Shown piece after piece: positions 49,201-56,171 of a DNA stretch of 64,000 bases. A program made the position numbers and the translations under genes. Within the stretch, counting starts at the first letter, position 1. Every line of letters starts with the position of its first letter. The notes beneath the pieces are model-generated. The model ran no database searches. It was not told where the DNA came from and worked only from the letters and a program-made list of their open reading frames with translations. The stretch comes from an uncultured virus (IMG/VR IMGVR_UViG_3300010429_001259) (lineage: Duplodnaviria; Heunggongvirae; Uroviricota; Caudoviricetes), in the IMG/VR virus record IMGVR_UViG_3300010429_001259; one strand, written 5' to 3'.

Positions 49201-51672
49201 CGGGTCAAGGCCCTGCTCCACGAGTACCCCGCTGCCCTGGCCCAGCTGGCCGACGGTGAGGAGCGTCTGGCCTACATTTATCAGTTCTGGGCGGCCGGGC
49301 TGCTCAAACTGGGCCCAGGGCCGGGGCGTACGTGGCTCCAGAAGCTCGGAAAGTTCTTCCGGGGTGTCCTGGGTATGGTCAGTGATTCCGAGCGCGCTGT
49401 GGACCTCCTGGAGGCCTTCCACGCGGGCAAGATGGCCGAGCCCAGCGCTGCCGGGCGGGTGATCGCGAAACTGACGGCCCAGCCGGTGACCGTGAAGGTC
49501 CGCCGGAAGCTCGACGGACTGTCCCAGCTTGTCGCTGCGGCGACACTTCCAGCTGAGTCGATCCTCCTGAACAGCCCGAGCGCCGCCGTCAGGGACCTGG
49601 GGCGGAAATTCTTCAGCAACCCGGGCGACGAGGAAGCCGGCAAGTACCCGGAGGGCTACCTCAACGCCCGCAAGCGGGAGTCCATCAAGTACCACGGCGT
49701 GTTTGCGCGGGCCGTGGCTGGGCTGGACAGCAGCGACCTGAAGGAAGTCGCCAAGTACCTCCAGCAGGGCACCGACCCAGCCAACATCCCGTACAAGCCC
49801 CACGCCGATGCCGTGAAGGGCGTGCGCGAGGCCCTGGACCGGTTCTACACGTACATGAAGGACGAAAAGGGCCTGAGCGTCGGCTACATCGAGCGGTACT
49901 ACCCGGTCATCTGGAGCACGGACATCCTTCATGACAAGAAGGACGAGTTCATCAAGATGCTCACCGACAACTACGGTGACATCCTGGCCAAGGGCGTGGC
50001 ATCGTCGAAGGGCAACCTTGACGAGGCGGGTGTCGCCGAGCGCATCTGGGCGGCGCTGATCCGCAACGGTGGCGGCGACAACAAGATCGCCCCCGCCCGT
50101 AGCGACGGCGTTCTGGTGCCGTACTTCGAAAGTGGTGAGCACCGGGTCCTGAACTGGATCAAGCCCGAGCACCGCGAGCCGTTCCTGCAGAAGGACCTGA
50201 TCGGACAGATCAGCAAATACTTCCACGAAGGCGCGCGCAAGGCCGAGTACCAGAGCCGGTTCGGTGAGCACGGCGAGAAACTGTCCGAGCTTCTCGACCC
50301 AACGACGGAAGCATTCGACGAACTCCGGTGGGCTGACGCGAACAAAGACGGTCCGCCACCTGGGCTGCTGGACGTCGAGTACGTCACCAAACCCGGCCAG
50401 AAGACCCTGATCATCGCGACATTCGCCGGCACCGCTGAAACGGAGCTCATGGCCGAGGCCGACAAAATGGTCGCCCGGGGTGAACTGAAGAACACCACCG
50501 CAGCGAAGAAGTGGGTGGCCCGGCAGATGCGCGACGTCCGTCAGGCCGTAGGCGCGATGGAGGGTACCCTGGGCAAGGACATCCCCGAGGGCTGGCGGAA
50601 GTTCAACAGCTGGATGACTGTCTACCAGAACGTGCGCCTGCTGCCGCTGGCCCTTTTCAGCAGCATCGTCGACCCGCTGGGGATGGTGGCGCGCGGGGCT
50701 GAGCTCAAGGACGCCTACGCGGCGTTCCTGGCCGGCATGAAGGAAGTTGTGCGCGCCTGGGGCAACGAGTTCAGGGATGAGCCAAAGGCCAGCGGCCTGG
50801 ACCCGAAATGGACCCGGTTGGCCGAGGCGGTGGGAGCCACTGAGGCTGAGCTCTTTGCCCACCATGTGTCCGAGGAGTTCTCGTCGGACTACATGGTGCA
50901 CGGCGCGAAGACGATCAACGACAAGATGTTCATCCTGAACGGGATGGAGGCGTGGAACCGGGCGATGCGCATCGCCGGCACGAAGGCCGCGGTGGAGTTC
51001 ATCGTGAAGCACAAGGGCCTGCCTGACAAGATCCACAGCGCGCGCTGGCTGCAGGAGCTTGGACTGAAGCCTGAAGACATCGTGCTCAATGCTGACGGCG
51101 AGCTCGTGACAGACCGGCACGAACTGGCACGGCTGAAGAACATCCCACTGGAGCAGGCGACGAAGGAGATGCAGCGCACCCACTGGGCGATCAACCGGTG
51201 GGTGGAGGGTGCGATCCTGACGCCGAACGCGGCACAGCGCCCGTCGTGGAGCAGTGACCCGCGCTGGGGCATCTTCTTCCACCTGAAGCAGTTCACGTAC
51301 AGCTTCCACTACACGCTGATGAAGCGGGCCGTGAAGGAACTTGAGTATGGGAACCTGGCCCCGATCGGTGCGTTTGCGTGGTACATCCCCGTCATGCTGG
51401 CGAGTGACATCACTCGCGGGCTGATTCAGGGCGGTGGCGAACTGCCGGCGTACATGAAGGGGTGGGACGTGGGCGACCACCTTATCAACGCCACACAGCG
51501 CTCGGGGTTCCTGTCCATCGGACAGATCGGCGTGGACGCGGTTGCAGACCCGGCCAGCCTGGGCGGGCCAGCGATCGAGCAGATGATCGACGCGATGCGC
51601 GACCCGCTGGAGCACTCGACCATCAAGGCTCTGCCGCTGCAGCCGATTTTCAGGAACGCGGCACTGAACTGA
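43273..51672 (+). CDS. giant polyvalent internal virion protein with ART-like and HExxH metallopeptidase domains
   Basis: 2799 aa; HDSP..GKGEGNAAFGAGTYL..YEV..LLDWDAPLSEQ..LGILGHKY..NYVIYDD and AYHEALH. Confidence 0.8.
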   Translation: MADLRTALYTGNGNLSADQLARIDAADMGTLRRSYTGGRITNDINPMLADIASLEADGTPEARTKAAGLRDQVSALEQRRAAYAPEVGKVENINGIGSGLTWAGEQVGQGVASMQDMMLTGAGLTAAGRAVGAIPHPIARAAGMALQGGGVLAPYLMNQRQLAGEAYGDMTEDSALMARTTPQQRYEMARNYGALAAIPDTALPALVGRQLAGAGLRKGLSKIGPAAMTGLELLGEGTTELGQEVGKQYALGQLNPERDTSQDASANLNSFLGGAVGAGPFAAAGAYADAGYRRVGDTAEKIGTKAGQVVDLAGQKLGPMAEEVAKKGRGWIGTGKEKVDAALDSFKGEDGRVDLSKVVAAGKETAGEVRDSAARAVFGITPQERDVLEQNVPEDILNDQDPAKMSAWLTQNDQARAGMVTDRLSSIDDPQAADIVSRIAAATQAQDTGAQQLATDEGAKYLLDRAEETKLAGRAERFAQTAGSVAATAGKGVLEFGKAVVRGAKEGLSKKNAQVEPYDAWRARRVAGESSAERIQREDSAAQAGKTKPAPVDAAGAERSRRRAELFGEILAAQAKDKGVLRAHGTRAQEAAPMLMREMGYQLADLAESWGLNEGGTKPSRAAAGRQASGLTYALDRVANSLRVAFGKDAEATVNDLESLMQEPGAKPFFDHMRESIAAGRTPAGRVKLEQARKDVANQMMSLLPVEQAKAIIANGQQMDLLEHIEDFADGHAAPALRPALEAAVGKENLTKMVDLVNGVTTSKDRGNEALLEARDDDTTDYELRQAEKKSVKGSGPKIYGVSKSPVLRDNPFAPNERMSKEEFQRWANEEAQRKSEGLPPQIEPEFKRPMLFKTGDPQLDARIAHMGEKLDSTYHIAPRSAWEVMDDTDMPLARRLATYRDYMREDGQNTGMIQKALMDAMDGHDFGEWANPAGGTSAEQQRGSGIKTTTPAAQTKSKARLSAGQRNVLFNEMQAYFSERHLAVAEQIADREPSQIGRTELLSMVRAGKRAFDLHRMKDNPDEHLDQSNLLMFKSEMANQKTGAPGVIYIPVHQLVKWVQAQRERSETVEVKKDDEKDKTYSNRNKNEAYLADVMEGISIILNSGMVEDQLPARVEGLREDGTAKYTRFAGQNIPKNLRLATMTYGQMMFGREKAAARRAEEGKTELSPHHNEYGSAKNEADDLRDPNSAFVAEQSPDNEGVDPYELWGDLKQVKRVAERTVDTGIDRGRRLRIAVAESSNKKAKQYVTTDPDATPLDFFSDTEKPAVPDEFDDQQFRTKNGGESAYSPLPAESKMNAWKDADKNAAALLNKFRKYVETNVGGKIVRTPIESDVAGGLTEIEQRLRAAKTPSYSPDKYAAVGGLHYAIPLAQVLNPDVISTMDIVDADAQRIVAARAELAGLVRDAKGFSDAQRVRLTRAMAPAESAARINLGNYRKALEKAINAAPTEEQMTEVPKAAASKTEAPKAAASKDALATAITLRQNYLDNPPADYSADTVRGIIKWAERQAERVAAAAKELDGSEDFKRVDEVNDRAIDLRVLIKSAKESLARDEAARAADPTLFGTDAAPEVAAQPPKSSSAPDGAADWSGRGRKLNAMAADIHRDLGREGFPATHDSPIKHEGKFDWRAHQGKGEGNAAFGAGTYLSTADGVHRSYKEQFTAAVSGRSGGLDAAYRITSGYDGEPEIIAAVQDLGRKAPIQSMRDAAAEAVRESVVDDEDGIRYSIIQRILSGKVDSELRAIADAATNEKSPTYEVSVNIKPEQLLDWDAPLSEQSKLVKKAKGDILSKLWRGMGAFDASYDRYVEQIEDGVAHGATVYNALAEMLGSQAKASDYLQSLGILGHKYAAAGGKNNTHPNYVIYDDSKITTNYVHFNAQDRSGSTRVASDADIAEAKAYFRKVLGPQVKVLFKEITGCSGEWLDAENTAVISTMAAAGTMQTAYHEALHAFFSKYVKGDPKVLPIMKALAENERILERVKALLHEYPAALAQLADGEERLAYIYQFWAAGLLKLGPGPGRTWLQKLGKFFRGVLGMVSDSERAVDLLEAFHAGKMAEPSAAGRVIAKLTAQPVTVKVRRKLDGLSQLVAAATLPAESILLNSPSAAVRDLGRKFFSNPGDEEAGKYPEGYLNARKRESIKYHGVFARAVAGLDSSDLKEVAKYLQQGTDPANIPYKPHADAVKGVREALDRFYTYMKDEKGLSVGYIERYYPVIWSTDILHDKKDEFIKMLTDNYGDILAKGVASSKGNLDEAGVAERIWAALIRNGGGDNKIAPARSDGVLVPYFESGEHRVLNWIKPEHREPFLQKDLIGQISKYFHEGARKAEYQSRFGEHGEKLSELLDPTTEAFDELRWADANKDGPPPGLLDVEYVTKPGQKTLIIATFAGTAETELMAEADKMVARGELKNTTAAKKWVARQMRDVRQAVGAMEGTLGKDIPEGWRKFNSWMTVYQNVRLLPLALFSSIVDPLGMVARGAELKDAYAAFLAGMKEVVRAWGNEFRDEPKASGLDPKWTRLAEAVGATEAELFAHHVSEEFSSDYMVHGAKTINDKMFILNGMEAWNRAMRIAGTKAAVEFIVKHKGLPDKIHSARWLQELGLKPEDIVLNADGELVTDRHELARLKNIPLEQATKEMQRTHWAINRWVEGAILTPNAAQRPSWSSDPRWGIFFHLKQFTYSFHYTLMKRAVKELEYGNLAPIGAFAWYIPVMLASDITRGLIQGGGELPAYMKGWDVGDHLINATQRSGFLSIGQIGVDAVADPASLGGPAIEQMIDAMRDPLEHSTIKALPLQPIFRNAALN
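47631..47690 (+). repeat. 30-bp tandem duplication
   Basis: GACCGAAG(T/C)CCCGAAGGCTGCAGCCTCGAA x2, encoding TE(V/A)PKAAASK. Confidence 0.9.
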
Positions 51673-51697
51673 TCGCGCCCCATACGTGGTGACCCAC

Positions 51698-51721
51698 AAA
51701 AAGAAAAGGCCCCGCAGGGCC
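51698..51721 (-). terminator. intrinsic terminator at the convergence point
   Basis: Minus strand GGCCCTGCGGGGCC followed by TTTTCTTTTT. Confidence 0.65.
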
Positions 51722-51744
51722 CTGGAGATTCATCGACGGTCAGA

Positions 51745-51891
51745 TCATGCCGGGAGAGCGCGAGACTTGGACCCGGTGTGGTTCTTGATCCAGCGGTAGA
51801 CACCGTGGGACACGATCATGATGCCGGCGGCAGCGCGCAGGGCGCGGTAGGCGGTACGGATGACGCGGGCGATGAGGAAGAAGAGACTCAT
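51745..51891 (-). CDS. small basic/hydrophobic protein (48 aa)
   Basis: MSLFFLIARVIRTAYRALR...; ATGA-coupled; read by hand. Confidence 0.5.
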   Translation of the reverse strand: MSLFFLIARVIRTAYRALRAAAGIMIVSHGVYRWIKNHTGSKSRALPA

Positions 51892-52172
51892 TTGGTGGAT
51901 TCACTTTCTAGTTGGACAGTGGTCGAGCCCCAGGACTCGGATGTGATGACGAGTACATAGCCCTGTGACTCGTCGGTGGGATCGATGATGTAGCGCGATA
52001 CGATCTGGCCGGCGTTATCCATCGCGATGCGATTTTTCTGAAGCTGTTTTGCGCCGACGACACCATGATCACTGACAGCATGGCGGGCGATCAGATCGAG
52101 TGGTGTACGGCCGAGGCGCTCACGGGCTGCGTCGGTGATATGTAGGTTGCCGAGGAGGAAGTTTGAGTACAT
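51888..52172 (-). CDS. hypothetical protein (plasmid/phage family)
   Basis: F.LG...IT..A..ARH..D.G..N..A..SRY..VIT..STT pattern. Confidence 0.7.
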   Translation of the reverse strand: MYSNFLLGNLHITDAARERLGRTPLDLIARHAVSDHGVVGAKQLQKNRIAMDNAGQIVSRYIIDPTDESQGYVLVITSESWGSTTVQLESESTK

Positions 52173-52641
52173 GTACTTATGCTCTCGCGTCTATTACTGA
52201 GCTCTAACGGAGATTGATTGCTCATGATCTGCAGCTACTTTTATGGGTTTGTTTCGCCAATTCTTCAGCGACGAAGCCTGGTGCGTAGCCGTGCTCTATC
52301 AGCCTCTTTTGTACGGATGCTGAATGGCGCTCCCACGTAGCGCGAATCTCTCGCTTTACCTCCTCTGTTTTCCCGCCGCTTCCAGTGCACAAATGCTTGA
52401 TCCAGGCCCAGTAGTGCTCATCGCAGCGATACCCATTGCAAGCGTGCAGCGGGACGCCATACTCGTTTAGCTGATTGAGGTCTCTCATGATTTACACGGC
52501 CGTGGCCGATCCTTACTGTCTGAAAGCGCGCAGTCGACCGCGCCACGTTTTTTGGCTTTGTTCACGTCGGCGATATGTAGGTCGTCGAGGAGGAAGTTCG
52601 AGTACATGTACTTACGCTCTCGCGTCTATTACTAAACTCTA
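52131..52641. repeat. 76-bp direct repeat pair (52131-52206 and 52566-52641)
   Basis: 7 mismatches in 76 by manual alignment; flanks ORF 52222-52488. Confidence 0.9.
52222..52488 (-). CDS. hypothetical protein between the direct repeats
   Basis: 88-aa ORF. Confidence 0.6.
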   Translation of the reverse strand: MRDLNQLNEYGVPLHACNGYRCDEHYWAWIKHLCTGSGGKTEEVKREIRATWERHSASVQKRLIEHGYAPGFVAEELAKQTHKSSCRS

Positions 52642-52735
52642 TTTACCTCTATCTACTTAATACTCTAATACTTACTATTTTTCCAAACTAAAGTTTAGTA
52701 GTGTAAGAATGTAAGAGTGTAAGTAGATAGAGATT
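52605..52735 (-). repeat. second, inverted copy of the AT-rich iteron/palindrome element
   Basis: AGTGTAAG AATGTAAG AGTGTAAG at 52700-52723; reverse complement aligns to 12330-12475. Confidence 0.9.
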
Positions 52736-52821
52736 AGATATTACGGCGCATAGATAGTCCGCCAGCTGCTGCGCGATCAGATCGGGTGATGCGGCGGCGC
52801 AATCAAAGATGAATGATGGGC

Positions 52822-53103
52822 TCATAAGCCCCCTCCTGAGAGTGAGTGAACCATACGCAGGTATTGATTGAGGCGGTTGCACATGCCAATGACTTCGTCA
52901 ACTTCGTCGGCGAAGCCAATATAGAGTATGGCATCGGACTGGAAGCGCTCTCTGTGCACGGCTCGAAGTTCGGCGCCCGGTATCAGCAAGTCATTTACGA
53001 AAAACCGCCGGTACTCTGTGATCGGTCGTTTCAGTTTCGCCAAGTCACGTTCAAGTGCCATGGCGTCGAGAACGTTCGCACTGCTCCTGGGCTCTGAGGT
53101 CAT
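52822..53103 (-). CDS. hypothetical protein
   Basis: MTSEPRSS...; AAGGA RBS. Confidence 0.6.
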   Translation of the reverse strand: MTSEPRSSANVLDAMALERDLAKLKRPITEYRRFFVNDLLIPGAELRAVHRERFQSDAILYIGFADEVDEVIGMCNRLNQYLRMVHSLSGGGL

Positions 53104-53114
53104 ATCTGTGTCCT

Positions 53115-53822
53115 TCACACGGCAGGATCCGTCACGTCGTTCAATCGTCGTCGAAAGAAGATGGTCTGGGCCTTCTTCGCCCCCGACCCATGTGCCGGAA
53201 ACCCGATGATAGCCTTGCGGTGCGGCACCGCACAGACGCCACAAGTCGCGCAGTCGACGTGATCGTGGAGCACGGCCGGGCACACGCTGACATAATTCCC
53301 AGCCGGCGTGCGCAAAGGCTTCGTGGCGTCCGCAGGCAAGACGGTGACAACAGGCCCAACACCCAGGGCCACGAGTTCGTCAGCATGCTCCAGGCTATTT
53401 GCCGACAGGTTCATGGTGAACCCGCCATCGTTCATGCTGCGGATCACCTTGCCGTTGATGCGTGGATCGTAGTGGGTGTATCCAAAGCCACGACGGCCGG
53501 CGTTGGCCTCGATCAATTTCCGGACGGCCTTGGTGTCGATACGCCGGCCGTCACCTGGCAGATCCCCAGCTTGAGCCCAGCGCCACAACTGATGACGCGG
53601 AAACTTCTTGATTGAGGCGCAGAGCTCTTCCAGGGTGCCGCCGCGCGCGCCGGAGTCGACCGCGCGCCAGTGAAGCGCGAGCGGACCAGACTCTGCGTAG
53701 CAACCGCTGCCCTTAAGCGGGCAGTCGACGGGGCACGTTGAGGAAGAAGTAGTAGTGACTGGGATTGGCCCGGTCTTCGCGTTACGACCCACGCGAGTGA
53801 GGTGATAGGTATGTTTGGACAT
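53115..53822 (-). CDS. Cys-rich phage protein (Gp88/DUF7227-like; possible Fe-S enzyme)
   Basis: N.KTG.I, TCPVDCP....GCYA, R...AGD, GYTH, NLSA, CPA......C..C..C, IGFPAHG. Confidence 0.75.
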   Translation of the reverse strand: MSKHTYHLTRVGRNAKTGPIPVTTTSSSTCPVDCPLKGSGCYAESGPLALHWRAVDSGARGGTLEELCASIKKFPRHQLWRWAQAGDLPGDGRRIDTKAVRKLIEANAGRRGFGYTHYDPRINGKVIRSMNDGGFTMNLSANSLEHADELVALGVGPVVTVLPADATKPLRTPAGNYVSVCPAVLHDHVDCATCGVCAVPHRKAIIGFPAHGSGAKKAQTIFFRRRLNDVTDPAV

Positions 53823-53829
53823 AACACCC

Positions 53830-53858
53830 AAAACAAAAGCCGCACAAGGCGGCTTTGT
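53830..53858 (-). terminator. intrinsic terminator
   Basis: Minus strand AAAGCCGC-CTTGT-GCGGCTTT followed by TGTTTT. Confidence 0.6.
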
Positions 53859-53875
53859 CGGATGCTTGTCCTACA

Positions 53876-54121
53876 TCAGTCAGGTCTCGGGCAGTTCGGT
53901 GGGACGCGCACGACATCCCACACAGCTTCGTACTTTGATCGGCCCACCCCATGAGGAACTCTGTTCCACCGGTCGATGTAGGCGTCGGGCATCGAATTTT
54001 TTAGGCTTCTCCAGATGCTGTCGCGGTGGACGCCGAGAGCTTGAGACAGCTCGGCTGTGGTGGCGCCTTCTTCAAGCGACAACAAATGCGCTCGTACGGC
54101 CTTGACAGTGGATTTGAACAT
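53876..54121 (-). CDS. small HTH-like protein
   Basis: G.TTAELSQALGVHRDSIWRSL..MPDAYIDRW. Confidence 0.65.
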   Translation of the reverse strand: MFKSTVKAVRAHLLSLEEGATTAELSQALGVHRDSIWRSLKNSMPDAYIDRWNRVPHGVGRSKYEAVWDVVRVPPNCPRPD

Positions 54122-54266
54122 TCTTATCCCTTCCTGATTGCATCGGTGTAAACCCAGTGGCAGATTAAGCACTTGCTTAACCATCACGGCTGCGGACTGG
54201 TAGCGGATTTGATGTCCTCTTTCGCCGCCTTTTAGAAGCGGCGTATCAATCCGCATGCGTGGTGAT

Positions 54267-54385
54267 TGATGGTGGCCGGTGCTGATCTCCGGCTTTACGG
54301 TTCCTCGATTCCCGAACCAGATCAGGTCTGCTGCCGTGGCCACGGCCTGCCCGATGGAGCGCATCAGCCTGCGCGTTCACCATCA
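54267..54385 (-). ncRNA. c4: C4-type antisense RNA, copy B
   Basis: TGATGGTG-AACGCGCAGGCTGATGCGC...AAGCCGGAGATCAGCACCGGC-CACCATCA; conserved blocks match the P1/P7 C4 RNA family as recalled. Confidence 0.78.
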
Positions 54386-54522
54386 TCTAGACAGGCCGGT
54401 GCTGATCTCCGGCTTGCCGATTTGGATCGCGTTCTTCCCCACTTAGCCGTGCACTAGCATAGGGGTACAACGTCGGCTATTCCATTAGCGCATCAGCCTG
54501 CGCATTCCGCCTAGATGATGGT
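54379..54522 (-). ncRNA. c4: C4-type antisense RNA, copy A
   Basis: ACCATCATCTAG..GAATGCGCAGGCTGATGCGC...AAGCCGGAGATCAGCACCGGCC..CTAGATGATGGT (12-bp closing stem). Confidence 0.78.
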
Positions 54523-54599
54523 CATCCGATATGTCCGCATGGCCCGCGTCGGATGAAGCGCAGGGTGTATATGAAACAGTTGGACGTAGTCTAAGCGGT

Positions 54600-54674
54600 T
54601 CAAATCCGCTTGGCAATGGATTTTGTTCGCTTGCTGATCGACAGCAGCGCGGCGGCTTCGGTGGCGGTTAGCAT
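54600..54674 (-). pseudogene. truncated excisionase-like HTH remnant
   Basis: MLTATEAAALLSISKRT then diverges and stops at 24 aa. Confidence 0.4.
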
Positions 54675-54841
54675 TACTGCGCCTTCACTTTCAGCTTGCA
54701 CTCAAACACCTTGTCGCCAACGTAAAACGCACCGAGGCGTTCGCAATCGCGGGCGATGGTAGAGGGGGCTGAGGCGTAGCCAAGCACCGAGCCGATGGAA
54801 AAAATAAGAGCGGCAGAAAGAAAAGCAACTATTGAGTCCAT
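54674..54841 (-). CDS. small membrane/secreted protein
   Basis: MDSIVAFLSAALIF..DCERLGAFYVG.KVFEC. Confidence 0.6.
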   Translation of the reverse strand: MDSIVAFLSAALIFSIGSVLGYASAPSTIARDCERLGAFYVGDKVFECKLKVKAQ

Positions 54842-55092
54842 CACCCCCCTCCCTTCCTGATTGCATCCGCGCAGCAAAATTGCGGGAATGTCGATGGACT
54901 GATGCCGGCCTTATGGCAGGTGTTTATATAGTGTGTCTGAGCAACGACAGCGCACCACTCCCGCTCGGCTGCGATGTTGGCATCCATCGCCGCCCGGTCA
55001 TACAGCGGCTCCCAGCCTTCGCCGGGCGTGTAGCCTTCCATCGGCTTGATGACGCTCTCGCTGTCTCTATACTTGTAGAGAACGGGTTTCAT
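54841..55092 (-). CDS. hypothetical protein
   Basis: 83 aa, AAERE.CA...CA.AIR pattern. Confidence 0.6.
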   Translation of the reverse strand: MKPVLYKYRDSESVIKPMEGYTPGEGWEPLYDRAAMDANIAAEREWCAVVAQTHYINTCHKAGISPSTFPQFCCADAIRKGGG

Positions 55093-55499
55093 GCTGCACC
55101 TCCTTCCGCCTCAGTGTCCTGTGGGATCGGGCCGTACCAGCGTGCGCCAGTCTGCCTCCAAACCATATAATTAATTTCACCGAACATCATTGCCCGCTGG
55201 TTGATTGAGTTAAGCCAAAAACCAGCGCATACTGGTTCGTCATGCCATGCGGGGGTGGGTGGGTGCAGGTAAAGGGGCTTCCAGTTTCGCTGATAAGCGT
55301 CCATCCACGACCCAGCGTTTTTGCGCGCACCGATTGGGAAGACATTCCCAAACTCATCCATCCAAGCAACTGGCTCAACCTGCTCCGGCTTCGCCAGTTC
55401 GGAGCGGATGGCACCCTCTAAATCCTCCTTGCCTGTCGTGTTTGCAACAATGACTTCAAGCGCCTGCTCCAGCAGGGCGCGGGTGTTATCTGTGGTCAC
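55089..55499 (-). CDS. mosaic hypothetical protein
   Basis: RALLEQAL, EPVAW, PLY modules; AGGAG RBS. Confidence 0.65.
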   Translation of the reverse strand: MTTDNTRALLEQALEVIVANTTGKEDLEGAIRSELAKPEQVEPVAWMDEFGNVFPIGARKNAGSWMDAYQRNWKPLYLHPPTPAWHDEPVCAGFWLNSINQRAMMFGEINYMVWRQTGARWYGPIPQDTEAEGGAA

Positions 55500-55572
55500 G
55501 GTGCTCCTTCAATCAGAATACACAGGAGCGCAAGGACTATGATCACAAGGACAGCTATCCAAGACTTATTTG

Positions 55573-55935
55573 TCATTCTGCGCCCCCTTTCGCCTTGGCG
55601 ATGGCTGCTTCCATTTCAAATACACGGTACTCAGACCACTGTGATTCAGGGTACTCGCTCTTGATTTCGGATGAGACGTATATCAACAGAGCCAGCAACT
55701 CGTCACGCTGGGCTTTTAGATCGGCCACCTCTGGCGCGTCGTGCCATGTGTGGGTGGGCGGCTTCGCCAGTTCGGTGCGGAGTTCTTCGAGCGCCGAATC
55801 AATCTGGCCCATTGCTTCGTCGTCACTGTCGTTTGTGGCATCAGGGTAGGTATCCCCATACCACAGAAGGCCATTTTTCGCGGCTTCTAAAGCATCAAGC
55901 GCCTGCTCCAGCAGGGCGCGAATGTTGTCAGTCAT
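55573..55935 (-). CDS. mosaic hypothetical protein
   Basis: RALLEQAL, ELAKPP, QRDELL, AAIAKAKG modules. Confidence 0.65.
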   Translation of the reverse strand: MTDNIRALLEQALDALEAAKNGLLWYGDTYPDATNDSDDEAMGQIDSALEELRTELAKPPTHTWHDAPEVADLKAQRDELLALLIYVSSEIKSEYPESQWSEYRVFEMEAAIAKAKGGAE

Positions 55936-56171
55936 CCCGCCCTCACTTTCGTCCCTTGCAACACAGCCATATCAGCAGCTTGATCGTGCGCGATTTCGAT
56001 TTCGCCGGGGCTAAGTTTGCGGAACGTGACCCATTGGCCATCAGCGCCTTTGGTGTAGAGCCAGCCGTAGTCCTTGGCTCTTGCGTCAAGCTGGGCCGCG
56101 CAGTCCGGGTTTACTTGAAGCAGCGTCAGCCCGTTTGGCAACTGGTTGAATGGGTTGGTGTGATAGGTCAT
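55932..56171 (-). CDS. hypothetical protein
   Basis: 79-aa coupled ORF. Confidence 0.6.
   Translation of the reverse strand: MTYHTNPFNQLPNGLTLLQVNPDCAAQLDARAKDYGWLYTKGADGQWVTFRKLSPGEIEIAHDQAADMAVLQGTKVRAG

Noticed and set aside
48469..51699. 1076-aa minus-strand ORF (also 16192-17604, 18669-20243, 22198-23739, 39364-40797, 41326-43218)
   Set aside because: Antisense shadows of GC-rich coding genes, with no recognisable motifs
52131..52641. Direct repeat pair as a DGR template/variable repeat
   Set aside because: Mismatches are transitions in both directions and not adenine-specific, the repeat covers a gene start rather than a C-terminus, and there is no reverse transcriptase in the window
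53876..54364. 162-aa version of the HTH ORF
   Set aside because: The extension runs through the C4 and structured RNA region; the start at 54121 fits better
54593..54611. AAGCGGTTCAAATCCGCTT as a tRNA T-arm
   Set aside because: No acceptor, D or anticodon stems could be built around it
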